63,956 nucleotides of DNA, filler included, from Vicugna vicugna (GCA_013265495.1; 78 parts of 75 records of this genome joined end to end with filler, not necessarily neighbours in it), one strand, 5' to 3'; shown: positions 24,995 to 36,839, counted from the first letter of the whole stretch. The notes: generated by a model from the sequence alone, not told the origin. Program-made: numbers and translations.

Positions 24995-25072
24995 CTCCCA
25001 CGTGCTACAGAGATCCACTGTGTCAAATATTACTTTTCCATTTTCATCTTTGGGAAGAGGGTCCTCCCCTGG
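24995..25072 (-). CDS. Internal coding exon (exon 4 equivalent) of an AKR1C-family aldo-keto reductase / hydroxysteroid dehydrogenase
   Basis: 78-bp phase-0 exon encoding [26 protein letters not shown], with acceptor TTCTCTTCCAG and donor GTGAGT. Matches recalled AKR1C [26 protein letters not shown]. The specific paralog cannot be assigned. Confidence 0.92.
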
Positions 25073-25435
25073 CTGGAAGAGAAGCAATCATTTTAGAGCT
25101 GTCACAAAGTAACTTCGCCAAGCGTAGCCCTGCCGGCAGGCACACCTAGGACCAGGACACTCAGCCTATGCGACATTCGGGATACTGGTATTTGCAAAGC
25201 GGCTTGCATGGGGAGCCGTAAGGAGCGTCTTTAGGAGACAGGCTTCCTGGAACCTCCTGCACTTACTATAAGTTGTAACGAATATAATTCTCCTGCTTCC
25301 TAACGGGGACTGTCGGGGATGTATGTGAATGGTCTNNNNNNNNNNNNNNNNNNNNNNNNNNNNNNNNNNNNNNNNNNNNTTAATTAATTAANNNNNNNNN
25401 NNNNNNNNNNNNNNNNNNNNNNNNNNNNNNNNNNN

Positions 25436-25723
25436 TGCCGACCGTTGGTGGAACCTCCCCACTCTCAGGATTCCGAAACATTTGTCAGTGCTTGGGGGAA
25501 CTCGAGAGACAACTACACGCAGCTCTCTTCAATCACAGGTGTTCCCTGTCCGGGGAAGTCCGTGAAATACCTTCCCTGACTTTGGGGAGGCAGCCTCTGA
25601 ACATGGGAATTCCTGCAAACCACCCCTAGCATTCCCTGGCACAGAGACATTAGGAAAACCCTCAGGGGAGACGTGCTGAGGCTTCCCGTTAGAACCCACG
25701 CGCTGCCGACCGTTGGTGGAACC
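25436..25723 (+). repeat. Satellite family A, about 1.1 monomer
   Basis: TGCCGACCGTTGGTGGAACC at both ends. Confidence 0.95.
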
Positions 25724-25823
25724 NNNNNNNNNNNNNNNNNNNNNNNNNNNNNNNNNNNNNNNNNNNNTTAATTAATTAANNNNNNNNNNNNNNNNNNNNN
25801 NNNNNNNNNNNNNNNNNNNNNNN

Positions 25824-26510
25824 AGGTTAAAATCAAAAAAAGATTAACAAGCACTAATGAGGACACAGTGGAAGCGGAGCCCGCAGCCATTGCTGGTAAG
25901 GATGTAACACAGCGTGACCACTTTGGAAAACATCCTGGCACGTCCTCAGAGAGTTGAACATTTGGCTTCTGAATGATCCAGCAATTCTGCTTCCTGGGCA
26001 CACAAGTAAGAGAACTGAAAACAAATGTTAACATAAAAACTCCTACAGNNNNNNNNNNNNNNNNNNNNNNNNNNNNNNNNNNNNNNNNNNNNNNNNNNNN
26101 NNNNNNNNNNNNNNNNNNNNNNNNNNNNNNNNNNNNNNNNNNNNNNNNNNNNNNNNNNNNNNNNNNNNNNNNNNNNNNNNNNNNNNNNNNNNNNNNNNNN
26201 NNNNNNNNNNTGGACAAACATTGAAAACGTTACTCAGTGTGAAAGAAGTCAGTCAAAATAGACGGTTCCACTTACATGAAGTGACTCGATTTGCATGAAA
26301 TGTTCAGCACAGGCAAATCCACAGAGACAGAAGAGTGGCTCCCTGGGGCTTGGGGAGGATGGGGAAGTTGATAATGTCTGCTTATGTGTACTGGGTTTTC
26401 TGTTGGGGGGAAGAAAATATTCTAAGATTGACTGGGATGCACATTTCTGGGCATAGAGTAAAATCCGCTGTACATTTTAATGGGTGATTTGTATTAAAAC
26501 TGTTAAGAAC
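25824..26510 (+). mobile_element. Old LINE-1 3' region (L1MB/MC-like)
   Basis: TGATCCAGCAATTCTGCTTCCTGGG, AGGCAAATCCACAGAGACAGAAG, GAAAATATTCTAAGATTGA. Confidence 0.8.
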
Positions 26511-26667
26511 AAAAGCACCTGTGATTAGTACCTTCCATAGTAAATGCAAATTGCTAACATTTATTACNNNNNNNNNNNNNNNNNNNNNNNNNNNNNNNNN
26601 NNNNNNNNNNNTTAATTAATTAANNNNNNNNNNNNNNNNNNNNNNNNNNNNNNNNNNNNNNNNNNNN

Positions 26668-27163
26668 ATATGTTAAGAACACCTAGAAATGAAGTTAACA
26701 AGTAAGGTGAAAGCCTATACGTTAAAAAACAGAAAATATTGCTGAAGGAAATTAAAACTGATCCAAAGGAATGAAAATATCCCTTATGTTAATGTTGTGA
26801 AACAATGTGTTTGAAACATCCATACTTAACAAAGGAATCTATATTTAGTGTGATTCATGTCAAAATACCTATGAGATTTTTCCATTAAGTAGAATAAATA
26901 ATTTCAAAATTTATATGTAACGACTAAGAACATGAGTTGCCAAAATAATCTTGAAAAAGAGTATTAAAACTAATGGTGTAAAGATCTCTGATGTTAAACA
27001 GTCCTACAAAGCTTTAGTAATTAAAACAACATGATACTGGCTCAGAAACAGACACCAATCTATAGAAGAGTATAGAGCAACCAGATATAATCCTTCACAC
27101 CTATGATCAAACGAAAATGGAAGCAAGAGTATAAAATGAAGAAAAGACATTCTCCTAAATATG
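26668..27163 (+). mobile_element. Degenerate LINE-1 ORF2 fragment
   Basis: ATATTGCTGAAGGAAATTAAA, CTACAAAGCTTTAGTAATTAAAACAACATGATACTGGC. Confidence 0.85.
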
Positions 27164-27594
27164 NNNNNNNNNNNNNNNNNNNNNNNNNNNNNNNNNNNNN
27201 NNNNNNNTTAATTAATTAANNNNNNNNNNNNNNNNNNNNNNNNNNNNNNNNNNNNNNNNNNNNTATTTAAGATGTGAGATTTTTATTTAAACTTTTATAT
27301 ATAAAATACCTGAATTCTTAGGACCGTTCTAGGAGACGAGTGCTGTTGTTGTCCCGAGTCTATGGATGAGGAGTCTGAGATGCAGAAAATTTCCCTGAAT
27401 ATCAGGGTCACAGCTGCCCAGTGGTGCTGTGGGATTTCAGGCCCTCTTGTTTGTCCCCAGCATCTGTGCTCTTCACCACCATGCTCTACTCCTTNNNNNN
27501 NNNNNNNNNNNNNNNNNNNNNNNNNNNNNNNNNNNNNNTTAATTAATTAANNNNNNNNNNNNNNNNNNNNNNNNNNNNNNNNNNNNNNNNNNNN

Positions 27595-28361
27595 CCGTTA
27601 GAACCCATGCGCTGCCGACCGTTGGTAGAACCTTCCCACGCTCAGAATTCCGGAACCATTGTCAGTGGGTGGGGAGTTCGAGGGACAACTCCACGCAGCT
27701 CTCTTCAGTCACAGGTGTTCCCAGTTCGGGAAGTCCGAGAAATAAATTCCCTGATCTTGGTGAGGCAGCCTCGGTCACTGGGATAATCTGCAATAACCCC
27801 TAGCATTCCCTGGCAAAGAGAAATTAGAAAAACCCTCANNNNNNNNNNNNNNNNNNNNNNNNNNNNNNNNNNNNNNNNNNNNNNNNNNNNNNNNNNNNNN
27901 NNNNNNNNNNNNNNNNNNNNNNNNNNNNNNNNNNNNNNNNNNNNNNNNNNNNNNNNNNNNNNNNNNNNNNNNNNNNNNNNNNNNNNNNNNNNNNNNNNNN
28001 NNNNNNNNNNNNNNNNNNNNNNNNNNNNNNNNNNNNNNNNNNNNNNNNNNNNNNNNNNNNNNNNNNNNNNNNNNNNNNNNNNNNNNNNNNNNNNNNNNNN
28101 NNNNNNNNNNNNNNNNNNNNNNNNNNNNNNNNNNNNNNNNNNNNNNNNNNNNNNNNNNNNNNNNNNNNNNNNNNNNNNNNNNNNNNNNNNNNNNNNNNNN
28201 NNNNNNNNNNNNNNNNNNNNNNNNNNNNNNNNNNNNNNNNNNNNNNNNNNNNNNNNNNNNNCCTTCCCTGATGAGGCAGCCACTTACACTGGGATATCAT
28301 GCAATCACCCCTAGCTTACCCTGGCACAGAGACATTAGGAATACCCTCAGGGGAGACGAGC
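27595..28361 (+). repeat. Satellite family A
   Basis: Direct match on both sides of an internal gap. Confidence 0.94.
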
Positions 28362-28461
28362 NNNNNNNNNNNNNNNNNNNNNNNNNNNNNNNNNNNNNNN
28401 NNNNNTTAATTAATTAANNNNNNNNNNNNNNNNNNNNNNNNNNNNNNNNNNNNNNNNNNNN

Positions 28462-29670
28462 TGGGGAGGTTCCACCAACGATCGGCAGCGCGTTGGTTCT
28501 AACGTAATGCCTAAGTTCGTCTCCCCTGAGTGTTTTTCTTATATCTCTGTGCCAGGGAATGCTAGGGGGGTTTGCAGGATATCCCAGTGACAGAGGCTGC
28601 CTCCCCAAGGTCAGAGAAGGTATTTCTCGGACTTCCCCGAACAGGGAACACCTGTGACNNNNNNNNNNNNNNNNNNNNNNNNNNNNNNNNNNNNNNNNNN
28701 NNNNNNNNNNNNNNNNNNNNNNNNNNNNNNNNNNNNNNNNNNNNNNNNNNNNNNNNNNNNNNNNNNNNNNNNNNNNNNNNNNNNNNNNNNNNNNNNNNNN
28801 NNNNNNNNNNNNNNNNNNNNNNNNNNNNNNNNNNNNNNNNNNNNNNNNNNNNNNNNNNNNNNNNNNNNNNNNNNNNNNNNNNNNNNNNNNNNNNNNNNNN
28901 NNNNNNNNNNNNNNNNNNNNNNNNNNNNNNNNNNNNNNNNNNNNNNNNNNNNNNNNNNNNNNNNNNNNNNNNNNNNNNNNNNNNNNNNNNNNNNNNNNNN
29001 NNNNNNNNNNNNNNNNNNNNNNNNNNNNNNNNNNNNNNNNNNNNNNNNNNNNNNNNNNNNNNNNNNNNNNNNNNNNNNNNNNNNNNNNNNNNNNNNNNNN
29101 NNNNNNNNNNNNNNNNNNNNNNNNNNNNNNNNNNNNNNNNNNNNNNNNNNNNNNNNNNNNNNNNNNNNNNNNNNNNNNNNNNNNNNNNNNNNNNNGGAGT
29201 TGTCTTCGGCTCCGCCATGCACTTACAATGGTTCCGGAATCCTGAGCGTGGGGAGGTTCCACCATCGGTCGGCAGAGCGTGGGATCAAACGGAAAGCCTA
29301 AGATCGCTCCCCTGAGGATTTGCCTAATGTCTCTATGCCAAGGAATGCTTGGGGAGTTTGCAGGATATCCCAGTGACAGAGGCTGGCTCCACAAGTTCAG
29401 GGAAGTTATTTCTCGGACTTCGCTGAACAGGGAACCCCTGTGACTTACGAGAGCTGCGTGGAGTTGTCTCTCGGCTCCGCCATGCACTTACAATGGTTCC
29501 GGAATCCTGAGCGTGGGGAGCTTCCACCAACGGTCGGCAGTGCGTGGGTTCTAACGGAAAGCCTAAGATCGCTCCCCTGAGGATTTTCCTAATGTCTCTA
29601 TGCCAAGGAATGCTTGGGGAGTTTGCAGGATATCCCAGTGACAGAGGCTGGCTCCACAAGTTCAGGGAAG
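28462..29670 (-). repeat. Satellite family A, including a 265-bp variant subfamily
   Basis: CCATGCACTTACAATGG at 29215 and 29480 (period 265). Confidence 0.95.
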
Positions 29671-29770
29671 NNNNNNNNNNNNNNNNNNNNNNNNNNNNNN
29701 NNNNNNNNNNNNNNTTAATTAATTAANNNNNNNNNNNNNNNNNNNNNNNNNNNNNNNNNNNNNNNNNNNN

Positions 29771-30430
29771 CTGAGGTTGCAGTCACTATGTGCATAACTC
29801 CCAGGTTTTGGCTATCTTTCCTTCACAAGATCTTCATTACGGAGCTTCATCAAGAAGTTTAAAGAGGCTATTCTTATATATGAGTGGAGGAGCCTGCAAA
29901 AAATTTAAATGGCTTTGAAGAGAGAGTTAACCAGGGACAGAGATGTCGCAGGTCCTAGTCAAAAGTGTCATGAGGAAAAATGTTCTCCCAAGGCTCAGAG
30001 TGGCTTCTGAACANNNNNNNNNNNNNNNNNNNNNNNNNNNNNNNNNNNNNNNNNNNNNNNNNNNNNNNNNNNNNNNNNNNNNNNNNNNNNNNNNNNNNNN
30101 NNNNNNNNNNNNNNNNNNNNNNNNNNNNNNNNNNNNNNNNNNNNNNNNNNNNNNNNNNNNNNNNNNTGTCAGTCATTTGGGCCACTTGGGAGAAGCTACA
30201 CGATGCCATTCACAGGGGTGGGGCATGACAGCCACACAAGTCTAGGTTGAAAGAACAGTTGGGGTATTTGTAAGGTTATCACGGGCATGCAGCAAACTCC
30301 CCAGCTTCAATGACCTCATCTCAAAGCTGTGGTCAATAAAACTACCAAGCAAAGTGCGAGATGATTATGGCCCACATCTGTTTATTAGGTAAGTGCCCGT
30401 GAAAGCTGCCGCTTAATGGGGAATGAGTAC
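29771..30430 (+). mobile_element. Possible degenerate ERV1 pol fragment (RNase H / integrase N-terminus)
   Basis: EVAVTMC at 29773 resembles the RNase H motif EVAVIHC. WEKLHDAIHRG at ~30187 resembles the integrase HxxxH zinc-finger half. Heavily degraded. Confidence 0.35.
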
Positions 30431-30599
30431 NNNNNNNNNNNNNNNNNNNNNNNNNNNNNNNNNNNNNNNNNNNNTTAATTAATTAANNNNNNNNNNNNNN
30501 NNNNNNNNNNNNNNNNNNNNNNNNNNNNNNGGATCTCTTCTGAAAGTTGAAAATGTGTACATTATCTCACTTCCTTCCACTGATACCACAATTTCCTTG

Positions 30600-31230
30600 T
30601 TTTGTTTATTTTTTTTAATTGTATGAAGAACACTTAGCATGAGATCTCTGCTGCTAAGTTTTGAAGCACACAGCACAGTACTGTTAACTAGATACAGAGT
30701 GTTGCACACCAGGTTCTAGAGCTACTTGTCTTACAAACTGACACTTTCTTTTGACACTTTCTTTCCATTAAACAACTCTTNNNNNNNNNNNNNNNNNNNN
30801 NNNNNNNNNNNNNNNNNNNNNNNNNNNNNNNNNNNNNNNNNNNNNNNNNNNNNNNNNNNNNNNNNCCCTCTAGGACTATATCACCCATCATAATATCCCC
30901 CAGGTTCACCCGTGGTTTCACGCATGGCAGGATTTCCTTCTGTTTTAAGCCCAAGTGAAGTTTAACTCTATGTACCCATCACGTTTTCTTTATCCATCCA
31001 TCCAATAATGGACATTTAGGTTGTTTTTATGTGTTGGCTATGGTGACTAGTACTGCAGTGAACATGGGAGTGAGATATCTAGATATCTATTCTAGATCCT
31101 GATTTCAATGATTTTATATATATAATGATATATTGATTATATATATATATATAATCTGAAATTGGGACTGCTGAATCATACGGAAGTTCTATTTTCAATT
31201 TGTTGAGGAGCTTCTACATTGCTTTCTTAA
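30600..31230 (-). mobile_element. LINE-1 3' end
   Basis: TTTCTTTATCCATCCATCCAATAATGGACATTTAGGTTGTTT, GGGACTGCTGAATCATACGG. Confidence 0.85.
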
Positions 31231-31649
31231 TTGCTTTCTTCTGTACCATCGCTTCTTCTCCTAAGTTTCCTCCTGCCACAGAACTTGGCATACTCTTTCT
31301 TCTCTCTTAGATAATGTCCCTACCTCCCATCCCTTTTGTCAACTCTTAATTGAGAATTCAAGCTGAGCATCATTTTCTAAGGGATGTTTTGCTGAAACCT
31401 GAACTTCCTGGGGTTCTGTTATGTTTTCTCATCACTGTGCACCTCTNNNNNNNNNNNNNNNNNNNNNNNNNNNNNNNNNNNNNNNNNNNNTTAATTAATT
31501 AANNNNNNNNNNNNNNNNNNNNNNNNNNNNNNNNNNNNNNNNNNNNTGACAGTTCACACACTTGTCTTGGCCCTGAGCGTGCAGCCCCGCCACCTGGGCA
31601 AAGGAGCCAACCCGTGTGCACGCATCCCGGCCCCGCCCAGTTGCCCCCT

Positions 31650-32005
31650 CGGCCACGCCCCTGCCCCGACCGCCGGCCCGCCCCTTAATCAGGCAGGCAG
31701 GCAGGAGGCAGTCGTTCCCAGCGGCCCAGCGCTTTTCTGAGCGCTGCTGTCTCTCCTCAGGCCGCCAGCGGCGGCAGCTGCACAGGCAGCGGCGCGGTCC
31801 TTTTAGAAGGCGCAGCTTGAGCCGAGCGGCGGCCGCGGAGGGGCCAGCGCAGCGCGTTGGCGGGGCCTGTGGCGTCCGCGTCGGTTTCCATGGAGACGGC
31901 AGAGTCGGTTGCACTGGTGGCGGCGGCGGCGGACACGGGCTCCAAGATGGTCCACAGGAAAGGCGTGCGACATGGGGCCGCCCTACAGCAACCTCTGGTA
32001 CATCG
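31650..32005 (+). pseudogene. MAPK1: Diverged, frameshifted copy of the MAPK1 (ERK2) 5' UTR and exon-1 coding start
   Basis: ATG at 31890: METAESVALVAAAADTGSKMVHRK, then +1 frame ACDMGPPYSNLWYI, versus recalled ERK2 [32 protein letters not shown]. Upstream GCCGGCCCGCCC..GGCAGGCAGGCAGG..GCTGCAC..GAGCGGCGGCCGC follows the recalled MAPK1 5' UTR. Confidence 0.85.
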
Positions 32006-32754
32006 NNNNNNNNNNNNNNNNNNNNNNNNNNNNNNNNNNNNNNNNNNNNTTAATTAATTAANNNNNNNNNNNNNNNNNNNNNNNNNNNNNNNNNNNNNNN
32101 NNNNNGGCACAGGGATGCCCAAATCAACTCGAGCCCACCGGCTATAGAAAGAGCACACTCCCAGCCCCACCTGGGTTGTGAGGGGACAGAAGGTGTCCTC
32201 AACTTTCATGTGTCTAAAACAATCTTCTTCAGCTGGAGGTTCTAGAGAAAAATAAAAGGTCCAAAACATAGTTCGGTGAGGAATTCCTCCAAGGACCTGA
32301 CTCCAGTGTCTACAACCATGTGTACCTACNNNNNNNNNNNNNNNNNNNNNNNNNNNNNNNNNNNNNNNNNNNNNNNNNNNNNNNNNNNNNNNNNNNNNNN
32401 NNNNNNNNNNNNGGCTGCCCAGAGGGGGCTGGGGGAATGGGTAAGGCCAGGGCAATTAAGAAAAGCACAGAGGACCTGACATCTCCCTTCTGCACTCGCA
32501 AACCCTTCCCCAAATCTCAAGGCATTGGACAGAGAGCCGCCACAATAATGAGATGCTCCCATTTCTTCACTCACTCCTGTCGTTTCACTTACATGCTGAG
32601 CATCCACTGGGACATGACACATAGGATGGCTGATGGGACAGGCTTGGTCCTTCCNNNNNNNNNNNNNNNNNNNNNNNNNNNNNNNNNNNNNNNNNNNNTT
32701 AATTAATTAANNNNNNNNNNNNNNNNNNNNNNNNNNNNNNNNNNNNNNNNNNNN

Positions 32755-33273
32755 CTCAACTCAGGAATGCATGTATTCAAATCCGTCATGCATGGAGCAC
32801 GTATGGAAAACGTAATTCAATTTAGATGGAAACTATTCAAATTACATACCTCTAGGGAAGTATTCGCTCCAAGGGAATTTTCCTTGGATCAAAGTGTGAT
32901 TCTTGATACTGGTGACAGGGAGAAGCAATGAAGTCAAAGTAAATATTTCAAACTGCATAGGTACCCTGTTATGGTTGAAACATCAGTCATGCGCATGTTC
33001 ACAACTCAGAAATGCATGTTTGAGGAATCCGTGTTGCATGAAACATGTTCAGAATACGGAATGCCATGGTTATGTAACTAATGTTAATTACATGTGTATT
33101 GGTGAGAATTCGCTCAAGGAGTGTTTTAAGGTGCCAAATGTCCTATTTTAGAACCGGGTGTTTGATAAAATCTATGAAGTCATAGCGTAAATATTTCTAA
33201 GTCTATATATGCATTGTTTGGTCGATGGAAGATCGATAATCCACGTGCTCACAACTTAGAAACGCATGTTTGC
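32755..33273 (+). repeat. Satellite family C
   Basis: Colinear with the ~14745-15144 subunits and their continuation. Confidence 0.93.
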
Positions 33274-33373
33274 NNNNNNNNNNNNNNNNNNNNNNNNNNN
33301 NNNNNNNNNNNNNNNNNTTAATTAATTAANNNNNNNNNNNNNNNNNNNNNNNNNNNNNNNNNNNNNNNNNNNN

Positions 33374-34178
33374 TCACATGTAGATGCATTGGCTAATGCT
33401 TGGTATTAGAGCCGAAATCCCACATTCCCCTGCACTCCAGCAAAGGCAAAGCGTCAGGGAAGGCAAGTTAAGGGATTCAACAACACAGGCGCTGCTGACA
33501 GTAGGTGGAACGTCCCAAATCTCAGGATTCCGGAACCCAACACTTTGTGGCGGGGAGATGTGGAGCCAAAATCCAAGTAGATGAATTGGGTCACACTTGT
33601 TCAAATTAGGGAGAAGTCCTCTAAATACTTCCACATTCCTTCGGGGGGCAGTTGCTGCTACTTGGCCTCCAAGCCAAACTCCCAGCTTTCCCTCTAAGCC
33701 CGGCCTAGGGATACACTCAAGGAAAACAATCTAAGGGATTCTATTAGAACCCAGGCGCTGCTGTCATGTGGAGGAGCCTCCCCACTATCAGGATACCTGA
33801 CCACGTCTCCGTGTGTGTGCTGCAGGGGGGAAACAGAGTCCACTCATCTTTATGGGGGCACAGGTGTTCCAAGGTTGGGGAAAGTTTCAAACCCTGCACT
33901 GCCCACAGAGATGCACTCTCTAATACTTGACTTTAGAGCCCATCCCCCACCATCGCCCCCTGCTAGGCCTAGGAAAACACTTAGAGAAGACATGCTAAGG
34001 GATTCTATTCGAGCCCAGGTGCTACTGTCAGTTGGAGGAACCTCCCCACACTCAGAACACCAGAACACTTCTTCGTGTGTGTGCTGGATGTAGGGAAACA
34101 GAGTCAAAGCATCTTTCAGGAGGCAGAGTTATATCATGGTGGTTGTTTGTAGGTTAAACACCCACATCCCATGGATAG
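33374..34178 (+). repeat. Satellite family B, three consecutive diverged subunits
   Basis: GG(C/T)GCT(G/A)CTG anchors at 33488, 33754 and 34018 (spacing 266 and 264). Confidence 0.93.
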
Positions 34179-34278
34179 NNNNNNNNNNNNNNNNNNNNNN
34201 NNNNNNNNNNNNNNNNNNNNNNTTAATTAATTAANNNNNNNNNNNNNNNNNNNNNNNNNNNNNNNNNNNNNNNNNNNN

Positions 34279-34975
34279 TTCACAACTCAAAATGCATGTT
34301 TGAAGAATCCGTGTTGCATGAAATATGTTCAGAATACGGAATCCCATGGTAATGAAAACAATGTAAATTAAATGTGTATTGGTGGGAATTTGCTCAAAGA
34401 GTGTTTTCTGGTGCCAAATGTCCGATTTTAGAACCTGGTGATAGAAAAAACCTATGAAGATATAGTAAATATTTCTAAGTGTATATATGCCTTGTTTGGT
34501 GGATGAAAGGTCAGTAATCCATGTGCTCACAACTCAGAAACGCATGTTTGCCGAATCCGTCATGCATGGAGCATGTANNNNNNNNNNNNNNNNNNNNNNN
34601 NNNNNNNNNNNNNNNNNNNNNNNNNNNNNNNNNNNNNNNNNNNNNNNNNNNNNNNNNNNNNNNNNNNNNNNNNNNNNNNNNNNNNNNNNNNNNNNNNNNN
34701 NNNNNNNNNNNNNNNNNNNNNNNNNNNNNNNNNNNNNNNNNNNNNNNNNNNNNNNNNNNNNNNNNNNNNNNNNNNNNNNNNNNNNNNNNNNNNNNNNNNN
34801 NNNNNNNNNNNNNNNNNNNNNNNNNNNNNNGAATACGGAATGCTTATGTAAACAATGTAAATTACATGTGTATTGGTGAGAATTTGCTCAAAGGGTTTTC
34901 TCTAGCCAAATGTCCGATTTTAGAACCTGATGATAGAAAAAACCTGTGAAGACAGAGGAAATATTTGTAAGAGAA
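34279..34975 (+). repeat. Satellite family C
   Basis: GAATCCGTGTTGCATGAAA, CCAAATGTCCGATTTTAGAACCTG. Confidence 0.93.
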
Positions 34976-35922
34976 NNNNNNNNNNNNNNNNNNNNNNNNN
35001 NNNNNNNNNNNNNNNNNNNTTAATTAATTAANNNNNNNNNNNNNNNNNNNNNNNNNNNNNNNNNNNNNNNNNNNNTTGCTTCAGTGTATCTATCCTGTCC
35101 TGTAATTTCTCATGTTGCCAAAACCACATTCTGCTTTCTAATCACACAGCATGACAGCACGTCATTCCTCTTCACTTCATACTCCCCTGCAGCTGCCTTT
35201 AGAATCCTCACAGATAAGGAGTATAAATCCAGTAGACATGCTCAAGTCTGGTGATGAGAAGGGAAAAGTAAACCATCTCATTCAGGAGCTGACATTATTA
35301 ACTGAATTTCTTCATGTGTGTCATTAAATGAGGTAATTCATGTTCCAGCACATCCAAAACTATACAATGTTATGTAAATGTTGGTGATTATTTATAATAA
35401 TAACAACAAAACACTTTCTCCTCCCTATTACCATATACTTTGGAAGTTGATTCAAAGAATAAGTGGAATGAACTGTGATTTTCTTCACTAAAGCTGGTCC
35501 AAAAAGACCCTAATAAAAGCCTAGTTTTGATGGTAAAATATAGAAGCAAAGGCATCTATGATAATAGTCCTTTACAAGGATCTTTGGGAAATACTTCCCT
35601 AGAGAAAGATGTAAACATAAATCATAAGACGACTACCCAATGAGAATATTTAGTTCAGGCTTATAAAGAACTAGCTGCCATAATTCATTTAAACCAAGTC
35701 ATTTCACAGGATTTACAGTGGCAGACACATTTGACTTTTATTAGATTTTCAGAAAAAAAATGTTACTTGTAAAATAAAGCAAGGGAAAAAATAAGTGGGT
35801 GTGGAAAGCAAGCAAATATTTANNNNNNNNNNNNNNNNNNNNNNNNNNNNNNNNNNNNNNNNNNNNTTAATTAATTAANNNNNNNNNNNNNNNNNNNNNN
35901 NNNNNNNNNNNNNNNNNNNNNN

Positions 35923-36739
35923 AGGATATATAATAGAGTATACAGAACCCAGAATTTAAATCATGGATCCCAGAACAAAGAATTTAGAATATAGAATACA
36001 GAATACTGAATACGAAATGCAGAATATAGAATACAGAATATAGAATGTGGAAAACAGAATATAGAATATTGAAAAAAGAATACAGAAAACAGAATTTAGT
36101 ACATGGAATGCAGAACACAGTATTTAGAATATAGAATACAGAATAGTGCACAAAGAATTTAGAAGTGGAATGCGGAACACAGATTTTAGAATATAGAATG
36201 CAGAATACTGAATATAGAATTTAGAAAATGGAATGCAGAACACATTATTTAGAATATAGAATANNNNNNNNNNNNNNNNNNNNNNNNNNNNNNNNNNNNN
36301 NNNNNNNNNNNNNNNNNNNNNNNNNNNNNNNNNNNNNNNNNNNNNNNNNNNNNNNNNNNNNNNNNNNNNNNNNNNNNNNNNNNNNNNNNNNNNNNNNNNN
36401 NNNNNNNNNNNNNNNNNNNNNNNNNNNNNNNNNNNNNNNNNNNNNNNNNNNNNNNNNNNNNNNNNNNNNNNNNNNNNNNNNNNNNNNNNNNNNNNNNNNN
36501 NNNNNNNNNNNNNNNNNNNNNNNNNNNNNNNNNNNNNNNNNNNNNNNNNNNNNNNNNNNNNNNNNNNNNNNNNNNAGAATACTTACAATTAAAAAATTGA
36601 ATGTAGAACACAGAATATAGAATATAAATACATAATACTGAATATATAATTTGGAATATAGAATGTAGGAAACAGAATAAAAAATAGAGCTTATAGAATA
36701 TTGAAGCCATATTTTGGAAAATGGAAAGCAGAACTCACA
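35923..36739 (+). repeat. Satellite family E heptamer
   Basis: AGAAT/GGAAT heptamer array. Confidence 0.93.
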
Positions 36740-36839
36740 NNNNNNNNNNNNNNNNNNNNNNNNNNNNNNNNNNNNNNNNNNNNTTAATTAATTAANNNNN
36801 NNNNNNNNNNNNNNNNNNNNNNNNNNNNNNNNNNNNNNN

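Noticed and set aside
3110..32005. ANO6, AKR1C and MAPK1 fragments as a linked gene cluster, or satellites A-E as physically interleaved
   Set aside because: Each lies on a separate scaffold joined by artificial linkers; order and distance carry no information.
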